Both the position numbers and the translations under genes were made by a program. This document shows positions 1 to 8,479 of a stretch of 37,260 nt of DNA, one piece after another. The notes beneath the pieces were generated by a model. The model was not told the origin of the DNA, did not search any database, and saw nothing but the letters and a program-made list of their open reading frames with translations. The DNA is from Chthonomonas calidirosea. Lineage in GTDB: Bacteria > Armatimonadota > Fimbriimonadia > Fimbriimonadales > Fimbriimonadaceae. Numbering within the stretch: position 1 is the stretch's first letter; each line of letters opens with the position of its first letter. The stretch is taken from NCBI GenBank assembly GCA_945859975.1, contig CAMAPH010000029.1, forward strand, positions 1 through 37,260. The letters are read 5' to 3'.

Positions 1-28
1 GGGGCGGGTGGTTCATAATAGGGGCTCA

Positions 29-961
29 ATGTCTCACAGCGACGCCACCGGCATCTTTATCAACGAAACCCACACCAGCGCGGCCATTTGGCAGTACCGC
101 GTTGAGAAGATGCTTTTGGAAGGCAAAACTCAGTACCAGACCTACCAAATCTGCGATATCCCTCGCTTCGGAAAGTCCCTCTTCCTGGACTACAACATCC
201 AGACTTCCATCCTGGACGAGTACATCTTCCACGAGTGCATGACCCAGCCGGCCATGACCCTTCACCCGAACCCAAAGAAAGTCGTGGTTTGCGGCGGCGG
301 CGAAGGCGCAACGCTCCGCGAGGCCCTTTTCCACAACACCGTCACCGAAGCCGTGATGGTGGACATCGATGAGGAACTCGTCGACATGGTGAAGGTCCAC
401 ATGCCCGAGTGGCACCAAGGCGCGTTCGAAGACCCACGAACCACGTTGCTTCACACCGACGCCCGAGCTTGGCTGGCCGAGCATAAAGGCGCAAACTTCG
501 ACGTCGTCCTCAGCGACCTCCCGAACCCCCACGAAGACGGCCCCGGCCAGTTCCTCTTCACCAAGGAGTACTTCCAAATCTGCGCCGACGCGATGAGCGA
601 AGACGGCGTGTTCGCGATGCAAGCCGGCTCGGCCAACGAGAACTACCCCGCCTGCATGGCCAGCTGCATCAAAACGCTGGAGAACATGAAAGAAGTGTTC
701 CCATACGTTAACGGCTACTACGGCATCGTCAGCACGTTTTTCCAGCCATGGGGATTTGTCTTGGCTTCGAAGAAATTCGACCCAATGGCCCTCACCGTCG
801 AAGAAATCGCCAAGCGACACGCCGAGCGCGGAGTAAAAAACAAGTACTACACGCCTCGATTCCACCAGGCCTGCTTTACTCTTCCCGAGTATCTGCTGCG
901 CGCGGTGGAAGAGCAGGGACGACTCCTCACCGATGCTGACCCGTTCGTTTGGGACGCCTAA
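29..961 (+). CDS. speE: Polyamine aminopropyltransferase (spermidine synthase)
   Basis: KTQYQ...FGKSLFLD..IQ, DEYIFHE, GGGEGATLRE, VDIDEELV and SDLPNP motifs. ATG at 29 preferred over GTG at 8. Confidence 0.93.
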   Translation: MSHSDATGIFINETHTSAAIWQYRVEKMLLEGKTQYQTYQICDIPRFGKSLFLDYNIQTSILDEYIFHECMTQPAMTLHPNPKKVVVCGGGEGATLREALFHNTVTEAVMVDIDEELVDMVKVHMPEWHQGAFEDPRTTLLHTDARAWLAEHKGANFDVVLSDLPNPHEDGPGQFLFTKEYFQICADAMSEDGVFAMQAGSANENYPACMASCIKTLENMKEVFPYVNGYYGIVSTFFQPWGFVLASKKFDPMALTVEEIAKRHAERGVKNKYYTPRFHQACFTLPEYLLRAVEEQGRLLTDADPFVWDA

Positions 962-1030
962 AACGGCGTCCAAAACGTCTCTAAAGGGTAAATTAGAGCT
1001 TCGGCAACGGAGCCGAAGGTTGAACAACGG

Positions 1031-1333
1031 ATGTTTCGAAGACTTTATTGGGTTTCAGAAATCGTAGAATCGAACGACCAATCGAAGGTGATTGGTGTGT
1101 ACACGTCCATCCCGGACCTCATCGAGGTAGGACTTGGGCACCGAGAGCCAACTCAGCAACTGAGGCTCGGTCTCTACAAACTGGACAGCGACAAGGGTCC
1201 GTTTGGAATTTGGACTTCGCCGAACTTCGAAGGCATGGAAGCCACCCTTCAGAGCTTTGTCTCGACCGACGAGATCAGTAGCGAGCACGTGGCGATGTTG
1301 GTTTCGGCCGTCGCTCTTGTTGCCGTAGCCTAA
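1031..1333 (+). CDS. Hypothetical protein (100 aa)
   Basis: ATG ORF filling the gap between speE and a bidirectional terminator; no family recognised. Confidence 0.75.
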   Translation: MFRRLYWVSEIVESNDQSKVIGVYTSIPDLIEVGLGHREPTQQLRLGLYKLDSDKGPFGIWTSPNFEGMEATLQSFVSTDEISSEHVAMLVSAVALVAVA

Positions 1334-1342
1334 ACAGAAATA

Positions 1343-1378
1343 AAAACGGCCCAGCGCATTTCTGCGCTGGGCCGTTTT
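1343..1378. terminator. Bidirectional intrinsic terminator
   Basis: aaaacggcccagcgca-tttc-tgcgctgggccgtttt perfect stem with A/T tails between convergent genes. Confidence 0.9.
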
Positions 1379-1387
1379 CTTGTGTCC

Positions 1388-2383
1388 TTACTTCGTGACC
1401 GGCTTGCTGCTGGCGTCTTCGGCCTTCAGGGCGTCCATGGCGGACTTCCAACCATCGGCAAGGTAGGAGAGCTTGACGTCGACCTTTGCGGTTCGCAGTC
1501 GCTCCTGGAGCGTCTTTCCGAGGTCGTTGGCCTGGCTGCCGCGCTCTTCCGCGATCTGGCGTCGAACGCTTTCTTTGACCGTTTCGTCAATCTTGATCTT
1601 CTCAGCCGCAGTTCGGTTCTGGACGAAGAACTTCAGGAAGTTGCCACCGTCTGGAATCCAGTTCGAAGCCGTTCCGACCTTCGTCTTGTTGACGATGGCC
1701 TGGAGCTGGGCTGGCATCTGGTCTACCGCACGGATCGGAAACGCGCCCTGAGTGGCTCGGGCGTTTGGCGCTTCGCTGTAGCGAGCCGCCGCAACCGGGA
1801 AGCTCGTACCCTGCTTGAGAGCCGAGTCGACCTGACCCTTCAACTGCTCCGAACCGACTTGGATATAGAACAGCTCGGCCTGGGCCGGGGTGAGGAAGTT
1901 GGTCGGATTGTTCTTGATGAACGAATCAACATCGGCCTGCGTGACGGTGATTCCCTTCGAGATGAGATTGAACCGCGCAAGGTCGATGGAGAGGTCCTGG
2001 CGGATTTCGGCCAGCGACATACCTGCGGACTGCAGGCTCTTCACGAACTGTGGGTTTCGCTTCGTCTGGAAGTCGAGTTCCTTTTTGATCGCGTCGTCGT
2101 TTGGCGCGACGTTCTGGTCCTTGGCGACCTGGAGAAGCAACTTGCGGTTGATGAGGTCTCGCAGGGCCTGTAGGCCGAGCGAACCCGCAACCTGCACGTC
2201 AACCGGACCTTGAGGCGTGATGGCGAGAACCGAACGCTTTCGTTCGAGATAGCTGTAGTACTCGTCCTTCGTGACCGGCTCGTTGTTGACTACCGCAACG
2301 GGACCTCCGGTAGCAGAGCCGCTGTTGCAACCGACGATGAGACCTGCCGCGATGGGCAAAAGGACATAAAGTGCTTTCTTCAA
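1388..2383 (-). CDS. PrsA/SurA-like foldase lipoprotein with degenerate parvulin domain
   Basis: TTG start preceded by GGAG; lipobox LIVGC; VAVVNNEPVT..LINRKLLLQ SurA/PrsA N-domain; SFPVAAARYSE parvulin-like segment. Confidence 0.8.
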   Translation of the reverse strand: MKKALYVLLPIAAGLIVGCNSGSATGGPVAVVNNEPVTKDEYYSYLERKRSVLAITPQGPVDVQVAGSLGLQALRDLINRKLLLQVAKDQNVAPNDDAIKKELDFQTKRNPQFVKSLQSAGMSLAEIRQDLSIDLARFNLISKGITVTQADVDSFIKNNPTNFLTPAQAELFYIQVGSEQLKGQVDSALKQGTSFPVAAARYSEAPNARATQGAFPIRAVDQMPAQLQAIVNKTKVGTASNWIPDGGNFLKFFVQNRTAAEKIKIDETVKESVRRQIAEERGSQANDLGKTLQERLRTAKVDVKLSYLADGWKSAMDALKAEDASSKPVTK

Positions 2384-2510
2384 ACCGAATTCTCCGGAAC
2401 AAGGTGAGGTCGAGACGCAACCCTCCCTCAACGCATAGGTTACAACATCAGAGGCGCGCGGAACGTGCCCGCACGAATGTCACCCATTCGTGTGAGCGCG
2501 CTGAACCGGT

Positions 2511-3284
2511 TCAGGCTGCAACCGCGAGCTGCGTGCGAACCATACCGCGCAGCCGATTTACGGCCTGCGAGTGAAGCTGGTACGCCCGCGATTCGCTGAT
2601 CTCTAAAACCTTCGCGACTTCGGAGAAGGTCAGGCCATCAAAGTAGTGCAGAGCTACCACCGTGCGCTCGCGATCGCTCAGCATGTCGATGCAAGAAGCG
2701 AGCACGTTTCGAATCGCCTTGCCTTCGACAAAACCACGCACGTTCGCCGTCTCATCCTCCACGAGATCGGAGTAGGTGAGATTGTCGTCGGAATCGGATG
2801 GAACGAGATCGTCCAAGCTTCCGATGTGGCTTCGAGACTGCAACGCCTGAAGCTGTGCAAGCTGGTCTTGCCCCATGCTGGCGGCTTCGGCGAGCTCTGC
2901 GCCGCTGGGCGCCCGTCCAAGCCGCACCGTAAGCAGGCTCTCTGTTCGCTCGATCAAGCGCAGCTTGTCGCGGGTGCTTCTTGGAACCCAGTCTTCATGC
3001 CGAATCAGCTCGAGCACGGCTACACGCACCATCGTGATGGCGTACGTCTCAAATTTGGTATCCCGGGTCGGGTCGAAGTTATCGACGCTTTTGATCAAGG
3101 CGACAATGCCAGCGCTCAAAAAATCGTCAAAGGTCAAGCTCCCGACCGGTCCCGAAACGAGGCGACCGACGGTGATTTTTACAAGATAACTATAGTGATG
3201 AATCAGCTCGGTGCGGGCATCCAAGCGACCATAGACATGATAATCTGTCCAGGCTTGCTGCAACTGATCTGGGCTAAGCGCCAT
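2511..3284 (-). CDS. RNA polymerase sigma factor, FliA/WhiG family
   Basis: FDP...KFETYA, DWVPRS, LGRAPS..ELA, SLDD, LSDRERTVVALHYFDGLTFSEVAKVLEISESRAYQLHSQA; AGGAG RBS. Confidence 0.92.
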   Translation of the reverse strand: MALSPDQLQQAWTDYHVYGRLDARTELIHHYSYLVKITVGRLVSGPVGSLTFDDFLSAGIVALIKSVDNFDPTRDTKFETYAITMVRVAVLELIRHEDWVPRSTRDKLRLIERTESLLTVRLGRAPSGAELAEAASMGQDQLAQLQALQSRSHIGSLDDLVPSDSDDNLTYSDLVEDETANVRGFVEGKAIRNVLASCIDMLSDRERTVVALHYFDGLTFSEVAKVLEISESRAYQLHSQAVNRLRGMVRTQLAVAA

Positions 3285-3339
3285 TAAATCTCCTCATCGC
3301 CGGGCGCACGTAATCCGTTACGTGTCCCCCGACGCCTTA

Positions 3340-3348
3340 ACTATATCA
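3340..3348 (-). promoter_or_regulatory. Extended -10 promoter element (TGaTATAGT) for the sigma factor gene
   Basis: Minus strand reads ggTGaTATAGTtaagg about 55 nt upstream of the ATG. Confidence 0.5.
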
Positions 3349-3420
3349 CCAAGAAGAAGCAAACCGATTAAATTCCACGTATGGTGGCGAAAATCCGGTC
3401 GCCTTCAACCCCGAAACTTG

Positions 3421-4182
3421 CTAAATTTCAAGCGACATCCCGTCGTACGCAAGTTCTGTGCCAAAAGGTAGCCGTGCATTAAATTCGTCGTGGTCGTAGT
3501 CGTGGCTCAGATGGGTCAAGATGGTCCGCTTCGCCCCAATCTTCGCCGCCACTTCCATCGCCCGATCAAAGTGGAAGTGGTTCGGATGTGGCGCGAATCG
3601 TACTGCGTCGAGAACCAAAATGTCCAGGCCTGCAAGCTCGGGCCAGACATGCTCCGGAATTTCGCTCACGTCTGTCATATAGCAGAAGTCGTTCACCCGT
3701 AAAGCAAGGCAAGGCAAATGACCGTGCCGGACAACAAACGATCTGATCGTGAGTCCGGCTAATTCCATCACCGGCTGAGCGACCCGCAAATCAAACCGCG
3801 GCACCATAATGCCCTCCGGAAACTCCATAAAGGCATACGGGTAGATCCGCTTTATATCTGGCATGTATTCTTCCAGGATATATACGGGCATATCTCGTTT
3901 TGTCTTAACACTTAACGAGCGTAAGTCGTCCATTCCCATCACGTGATCGGCATGGGTATGCGTTATGATCACGGAATCTAGATCTTTTACATCTGCCTTC
4001 AGCAGTTGCAAACGCATTTCCGGCGAACAATCGACTAATACATTGCCATCGTTCCCATTAAGGAGCAGTGATGCGCGCGTGCGCCAGTTCTTGGGATTCT
4101 GCAGAAACGACTCGGGATAGTCGAATCCCAGCATGGGCACGCCGTTACTTGTTCCGGACCCTAGAATGACCGCGCGGGCCAC
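3421..4182 (-). CDS. MBL-fold metallo-hydrolase (PhnP/LipB-like)
   Basis: LGSGTSNGVP, THTHADH, YMTDVS, LTHLSH, LAYDGM motifs. Confidence 0.9.
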   Translation of the reverse strand: MARAVILGSGTSNGVPMLGFDYPESFLQNPKNWRTRASLLLNGNDGNVLVDCSPEMRLQLLKADVKDLDSVIITHTHADHVMGMDDLRSLSVKTKRDMPVYILEEYMPDIKRIYPYAFMEFPEGIMVPRFDLRVAQPVMELAGLTIRSFVVRHGHLPCLALRVNDFCYMTDVSEIPEHVWPELAGLDILVLDAVRFAPHPNHFHFDRAMEVAAKIGAKRTILTHLSHDYDHDEFNARLPFGTELAYDGMSLEI

Positions 4183-4791
4183 TTATAGTTCGCCCGCTTT
4201 CTTCAGAACCTCAACCGCAACAATCGCCGCCGGAACGTCGGCGTACTGCGCCAATCGCTCCAAACATCGGGCAAAGTTGCGCTCACCCATGTCGTCGTAC
4301 TTTTCCTGACTCTTCCGGGCTTCGGCAATCAGTTCGATCGCGTCCTCATAGAATCTTGCGCGGTTCTGCGGCAACGACTTGTTGGTGATGGCGGCATAGC
4401 GTCGACTGAGCTGTTCGTAGACCCCTTCCCAGTTGGTCCGAGACTCCATCTCGGCGCGGAGCTTCGTCATCTCCGCTTCTTGCATGCGGCGACGTTCGGC
4501 CTCTCGTCGCTTTGATCGCTCGAAATCTTCCGCCGTCGTGCCGTCAATGACCCGAACGCGAATGGCACCACCGGCTGCCTTGGAGGCCGTGACCTCGATC
4601 AATCGTTGCGTTTGCGGCATGCGAAGGTGGCCGCCAAGTTCGTTCTCGCCCTGCGGAACGCCCAGCACCAACAATCCTTCTTCAAGCGCAATCGGAACCG
4701 CCGCATTGAGGGCTGCCCATACGCCACGACCGGTCACCCCGTGAAGTACCGTGGGAAGAGTCTCTCTCCAAATGGCAACCGCGTCCTGCAT
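4183..4791 (-). CDS. Hypothetical protein with DnaA domain I/DciA-like N-terminus
   Basis: ORF abuts the MBL gene start; TATAAT 8 nt upstream; N-terminal pattern W..TL...P..LE.G.L.LGVP...RLIE......G..IRVRVI. Confidence 0.7.
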   Translation of the reverse strand: MQDAVAIWRETLPTVLHGVTGRGVWAALNAAVPIALEEGLLVLGVPQGENELGGHLRMPQTQRLIEVTASKAAGGAIRVRVIDGTTAEDFERSKRREAERRRMQEAEMTKLRAEMESRTNWEGVYEQLSRRYAAITNKSLPQNRARFYEDAIELIAEARKSQEKYDDMGERNFARCLERLAQYADVPAAIVAVEVLKKAGEL

Positions 4792-4832
4792 ACCGCACGA
4801 TTATAGACGGAGCACCGCGAGAAAGGGGAGAC

Positions 4833-5402
4833 CTAAGCGCCGCGAACGAAAGGATCGACCACATCATCCGCGCTTTTGACCATACCAATGTAGGGCGTGA
4901 AGCGTCCGAGCCACTTTCGCTGGACCTCCGCCTCGCCATACATCCCCTCGCCGCACTGCCAAAACACTGGCTCGTCGCATTCGTATTCGCTTGCGTCGTG
5001 CGGACTTGTTTGGAGCCGAACGTAGAATCGCGGCCGGTCCGCCATTTCAAATTCCCAAGATGAATTCAGCATCGTGCCGTCCTTCGCAATGCCGTACCGG
5101 CTCATCACGCGGGCGTTTTCGAAGACCGTTCTGGTCCCACCTTTGGATGCGTGGTTGTACCAAATGCCGTAGCCAATGCTGCCAGCGATCATCAACATCC
5201 CGATGGCGAACCACGTCAGGCTGTTCGGAATCCAATTCATCGGACCGACGTCCGTAATCTGGTTTGTTACTGGAGTCCGGGTGTAGGTGGCGCGAAAAAC
5301 GCCACCCATACCAAAAACAAGCGTGCTAACACAGCCGCAAACCGCAAGCACCACGCCAACGGCCAGAGTCAGACCGGTTAGCTTTTCTTTCAGTGGGTCC
5401 AT
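4833..5402 (-). CDS. Hypothetical membrane protein (2 TM segments plus soluble beta-rich C-terminal domain)
   Basis: Two hydrophobic segments; ORF co-oriented with its neighbours. Confidence 0.75.
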   Translation of the reverse strand: MDPLKEKLTGLTLAVGVVLAVCGCVSTLVFGMGGVFRATYTRTPVTNQITDVGPMNWIPNSLTWFAIGMLMIAGSIGYGIWYNHASKGGTRTVFENARVMSRYGIAKDGTMLNSSWEFEMADRPRFYVRLQTSPHDASEYECDEPVFWQCGEGMYGEAEVQRKWLGRFTPYIGMVKSADDVVDPFVRGA

Positions 5403-5440
5403 GGTTCAGAACCTAGACGTCTGCCTAACCGCGTTGAGTT

Positions 5441-7225
5441 CTATCGGCCAGGCATGATGACGTCGGCCACTGCGTACGAACGCCGGATGTCTTGCAACAT
5501 CACCTTCGCTCGTCCGCCAACCGAATCCATTCCGTCCAGCAGCTCGATATAGAAACCGTTATCGGTCCAACCCACAGCCTTGTTGGCATTCTCAAACGCC
5601 GACCGTCGCACGTTGGCTTCCATCACTTGTGCGCGTCGAAGACCCATGAGGAGCTTGTCGAACTCTTCGATGGTGCCGGACTGAATGTCGTACTCCTCGT
5701 ACTCCATGTCGAAGTTGGCCCGGATGTAAATTCCGCGCCGCATCGCGTGCTCCAGCTCTTCCACATTCTCGCCGTCGGAGCCGATGAGCGCTTCCACCAC
5801 AGATGGATGGCACTCGACGAGGAAGGCATTTCCGGCTTCCTTCACCTTGCGCCACATGTCGCGTTCGATCCAAAGACTGACCGTGTCCTTGCTCGCGATT
5901 CGGCCAACGCCGGTGCACATTGGGCAAATCTCGGTGATTTCTTGGGTGACGCTCTCGCCGGTTCGCTTTCGCGTCAGCTCAACAAGGCCAAGCGAGGAGA
6001 TCTTTCCGATTCGCGTTCGCGCTCGGTCTCGCTCGAGGCCGTGCAAGAAGTGGTCCATGACGCGCTTTCGGTCGGACTCATCTTCCATGTCGATGAAGTC
6101 GCAAACGATAATGCCGCCCATGTCGCGCAGTCGAAGCTGGCGAAGAATCTCGTTTGCCGCTTCAAGGTTTGCGTGAAGAATCGTATCGCTCAGGGACGTG
6201 CTGCCGACGTGCTTGCCGGTGTTGACGTCAATGGCGGTCAGCGCTTCCATCTCATCGATGACCAATGATCCGCCGGATTTGAGCGGAACCTTGTGCTGCA
6301 TGATTCGGTCGAGCTCTTTCTCGATTCCGAAGTGGTCGAAAATCGGCGTCTCGCGATCGTAAAGCGTCAGCTTGTCCAGCAACTGCGGAGCAACCTTCGC
6401 CGCGATCAAGTTGACCTTTTCGTACTCGTCCGGATCGTCGATGACCATCTTCGAGATGTCCTCGCCAAACAGGTCTCGCACGGTTCGGAACAGCAAAGAC
6501 TGGTCTTTGTGAACGCAAGCGGGAGCGCGAAGTGCTTTCGCATTGCGAAGGACTTCGGTCCAGAGAGACTGCAAGTAAGCAACGTCCTGTCGAAGTTCGA
6601 GTTCCGTTCGACCGTCGCACTCCGTGCGAAGAATCAGACCGAAGCCATCAGGCCGAATGTGGTCGCCCACTCGCTTCAACCGTTCTCGTTCCGATCGTTC
6701 TTCAATCTTTCGGCTCACGCCGCAGTTGTGTCCTTCGGGCATCAGCACGACGTATCGGCCAGGCAGAGCAATTCGGGTGCTAACTCGCGCGCCCTTCGTG
6801 CCGCGTGGACCCTTGGTGACTTGCACCATGATCTGCTGGCCCGACTGAAGGAGGTCCTTGATCTTTCGGCGACGAAGCTCGTTCCGTCGCATCGTGGCCG
6901 GGCTGTTGTCGTTGCCCGATTCCTCCGGCAAGACGTCGGCGATGCTCAGATACGCGTTGCGCTCAAGGCCAATGTCCACGAACGCGGCATCCATGCCGGG
7001 AAGAACGTTCTGAACGATGCCTTTAAAGATGGATCCGACAACGCGCTCTTCGCGTTCAACGCGATACTCCATGAGCTCGTTGTCTTCGAGTAAAGCGATT
7101 CGGGTTTCCCGATTCGAAACATTGACGATGATTTCTTTTCGCGGGGCACCGGTTGCGGCGCGAAAGTCTTTCGGTGCGCCGGGGGTGCGGGTTTTTCGTC
7201 CGCGGACGTTACGTTGTTTTGCCAT
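5441..7225 (-). CDS. rng: Rne/Rng family ribonuclease (RNase E/G) with C-terminal TRAM-like extension
   Basis: VGSIFKG..VLPGMDAAFVDIG, LTAIDVNTG, LRLRDMGGIIVCDFIDM, LGLVELTRKR, CPMCTG Zn-link. Confidence 0.93.
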   Translation of the reverse strand: MAKQRNVRGRKTRTPGAPKDFRAATGAPRKEIIVNVSNRETRIALLEDNELMEYRVEREERVVGSIFKGIVQNVLPGMDAAFVDIGLERNAYLSIADVLPEESGNDNSPATMRRNELRRRKIKDLLQSGQQIMVQVTKGPRGTKGARVSTRIALPGRYVVLMPEGHNCGVSRKIEERSERERLKRVGDHIRPDGFGLILRTECDGRTELELRQDVAYLQSLWTEVLRNAKALRAPACVHKDQSLLFRTVRDLFGEDISKMVIDDPDEYEKVNLIAAKVAPQLLDKLTLYDRETPIFDHFGIEKELDRIMQHKVPLKSGGSLVIDEMEALTAIDVNTGKHVGSTSLSDTILHANLEAANEILRQLRLRDMGGIIVCDFIDMEDESDRKRVMDHFLHGLERDRARTRIGKISSLGLVELTRKRTGESVTQEITEICPMCTGVGRIASKDTVSLWIERDMWRKVKEAGNAFLVECHPSVVEALIGSDGENVEELEHAMRRGIYIRANFDMEYEEYDIQSGTIEEFDKLLMGLRRAQVMEANVRRSAFENANKAVGWTDNGFYIELLDGMDSVGGRAKVMLQDIRRSYAVADVIMPGR

Positions 7226-7279
7226 TAGCAATCGGTATGTAGGAGTGTACCGGACGTCTGCCCAGATTCCAACTTCAAC

Positions 7280-7396
7280 TTATCGGGCCTGGCTAGCAAA
7301 ACTCGGGCCTGGCTCCGTCCGACCAGAGCCAGACGCTGCCACCGCAACCGCCGCACACAAAATCAAAATGGTGATGACCTGTTTAATCGCCCGCAC
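7280..7396 (-). CDS. Putative small secreted peptide (38 aa)
   Basis: GGGAGG 6 nt before GTG; MRAIKQVITILILCAAVAVAASGSGRTEPGPSFASQAR has a signal-peptide-like N-terminus. Confidence 0.5.
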   Translation of the reverse strand: MRAIKQVITILILCAAVAVAASGSGRTEPGPSFASQAR

Positions 7397-7548
7397 GTTT
7401 CGCCTCCCTACTTGAATATGTGGTGCCGCCTTGGTTGCCCACAAAATCAGAATCCGTTCTGATAACAATTAGTTTCGGCAGAATCTGCAGTTTCTTCTTC
7501 AACTTTTTCCGGGACCGGCCGTGCTCGCCTTCCGGGTAACTTGCAAAC

Positions 7549-7878
7549 GTGCCGGTTTACGAGTATCGGTGTTCTCAGTGCCAAGCAAAATTCCGCGTCT
7601 TGGTCGGAATGGTGGCAGGCGAGGAAGACACCAAATGTCCAAAGTGCGGCGAGCTCCAAACCAACCGCTTGGTCAGCCGTTTCGCCCGGTATCGCAACGA
7701 AGACGACCGGATTGACGAGATTGCCGACCGCCTCGAAATGATGGGCGAACCCGATTCGGCGGCCGGAATGCGAGAAATTGTCCGCGACCTTGGAAAGGCC
7801 ATGGACGAAGATGTGTCGGATGAAATCGAAGAACTCTTCGAGGCCGACATGGCCGGCGAGCTAGCAGACGACGAGTAA
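7549..7878 (+). CDS. FmdB-family zinc ribbon protein with acidic C-terminal extension
   Basis: [11 protein letters not shown]...CPKCG motif. Confidence 0.9.
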   Translation: MPVYEYRCSQCQAKFRVLVGMVAGEEDTKCPKCGELQTNRLVSRFARYRNEDDRIDEIADRLEMMGEPDSAAGMREIVRDLGKAMDEDVSDEIEELFEADMAGELADDE

Positions 7879-7900
7879 CTCGTGTACCATCGTTTCGCCG

Positions 7901-8479
7901 ATGGCGCAGAAAATCAAGGCAGAAGGAAAACTCATCGTGGTGTGCGGAAGCATGTTTGCCGGCAAAAGTGAGGAGGTCATCCGCCGCGCCCGCCGGTCTT
8001 TGTACGCGAAACGCAAAGTCCAAGTCTTCAAGCCCAGCATCGACAAACGGTACGACGAAAGCATGGTCGTGACCCACATGGGGGTCAAGCACGAAGCCGT
8101 TCCAGTACGAAACGTCGCCGAGTTACGCACCCTGGTCTTGCCCGATACCGAGGTCGTTTTGCTTGAAGAGGCTCAGTTCTTCGATGACTCTCTCATCGAG
8201 CTTTGCGTCCAGTGGGCCGACGAGGGGCGAGAGGTGATCTGCGCCGGTCTCGACCAAGACTTCCGCCGCAAACCGTTTGGCCCTATGCCTGGATTGCTTG
8301 CCGCGGCCGACGAGGTCGTCAAGTTGCGGGCCATCTGCATCAAGTGCGGCGCCCCCGCCAGCCACACACAGCGAATCATCGACGGCAAACCCGCCCACAA
8401 AAACGACCCGGTGATCCTCATCGGAGCCACCGAGTCGTACGAAGCACGCTGCCGCCGCTGCTTTAAGTTGCGCGGTTAG
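7901..8479 (+). CDS. tdk: Thymidine kinase
   Basis: GSMFAGKS P-loop, [18 protein letters not shown], CxxC...YEARCRRC. Confidence 0.95.
   Translation: MAQKIKAEGKLIVVCGSMFAGKSEEVIRRARRSLYAKRKVQVFKPSIDKRYDESMVVTHMGVKHEAVPVRNVAELRTLVLPDTEVVLLEEAQFFDDSLIELCVQWADEGREVICAGLDQDFRRKPFGPMPGLLAAADEVVKLRAICIKCGAPASHTQRIIDGKPAHKNDPVILIGATESYEARCRRCFKLRG

Noticed and set aside
26..1027. 333-aa minus-strand ORF
   Set aside because: Antisense shadow of speE with no motifs; common in GC-rich, codon-biased DNA.
1382..2173. 263-aa plus-strand ORF
   Set aside because: Antisense shadow of the PrsA-like gene.
5492..7093. 258-aa and 266-aa plus-strand ORFs
   Set aside because: Antisense to RNase E/G; no recognisable features.
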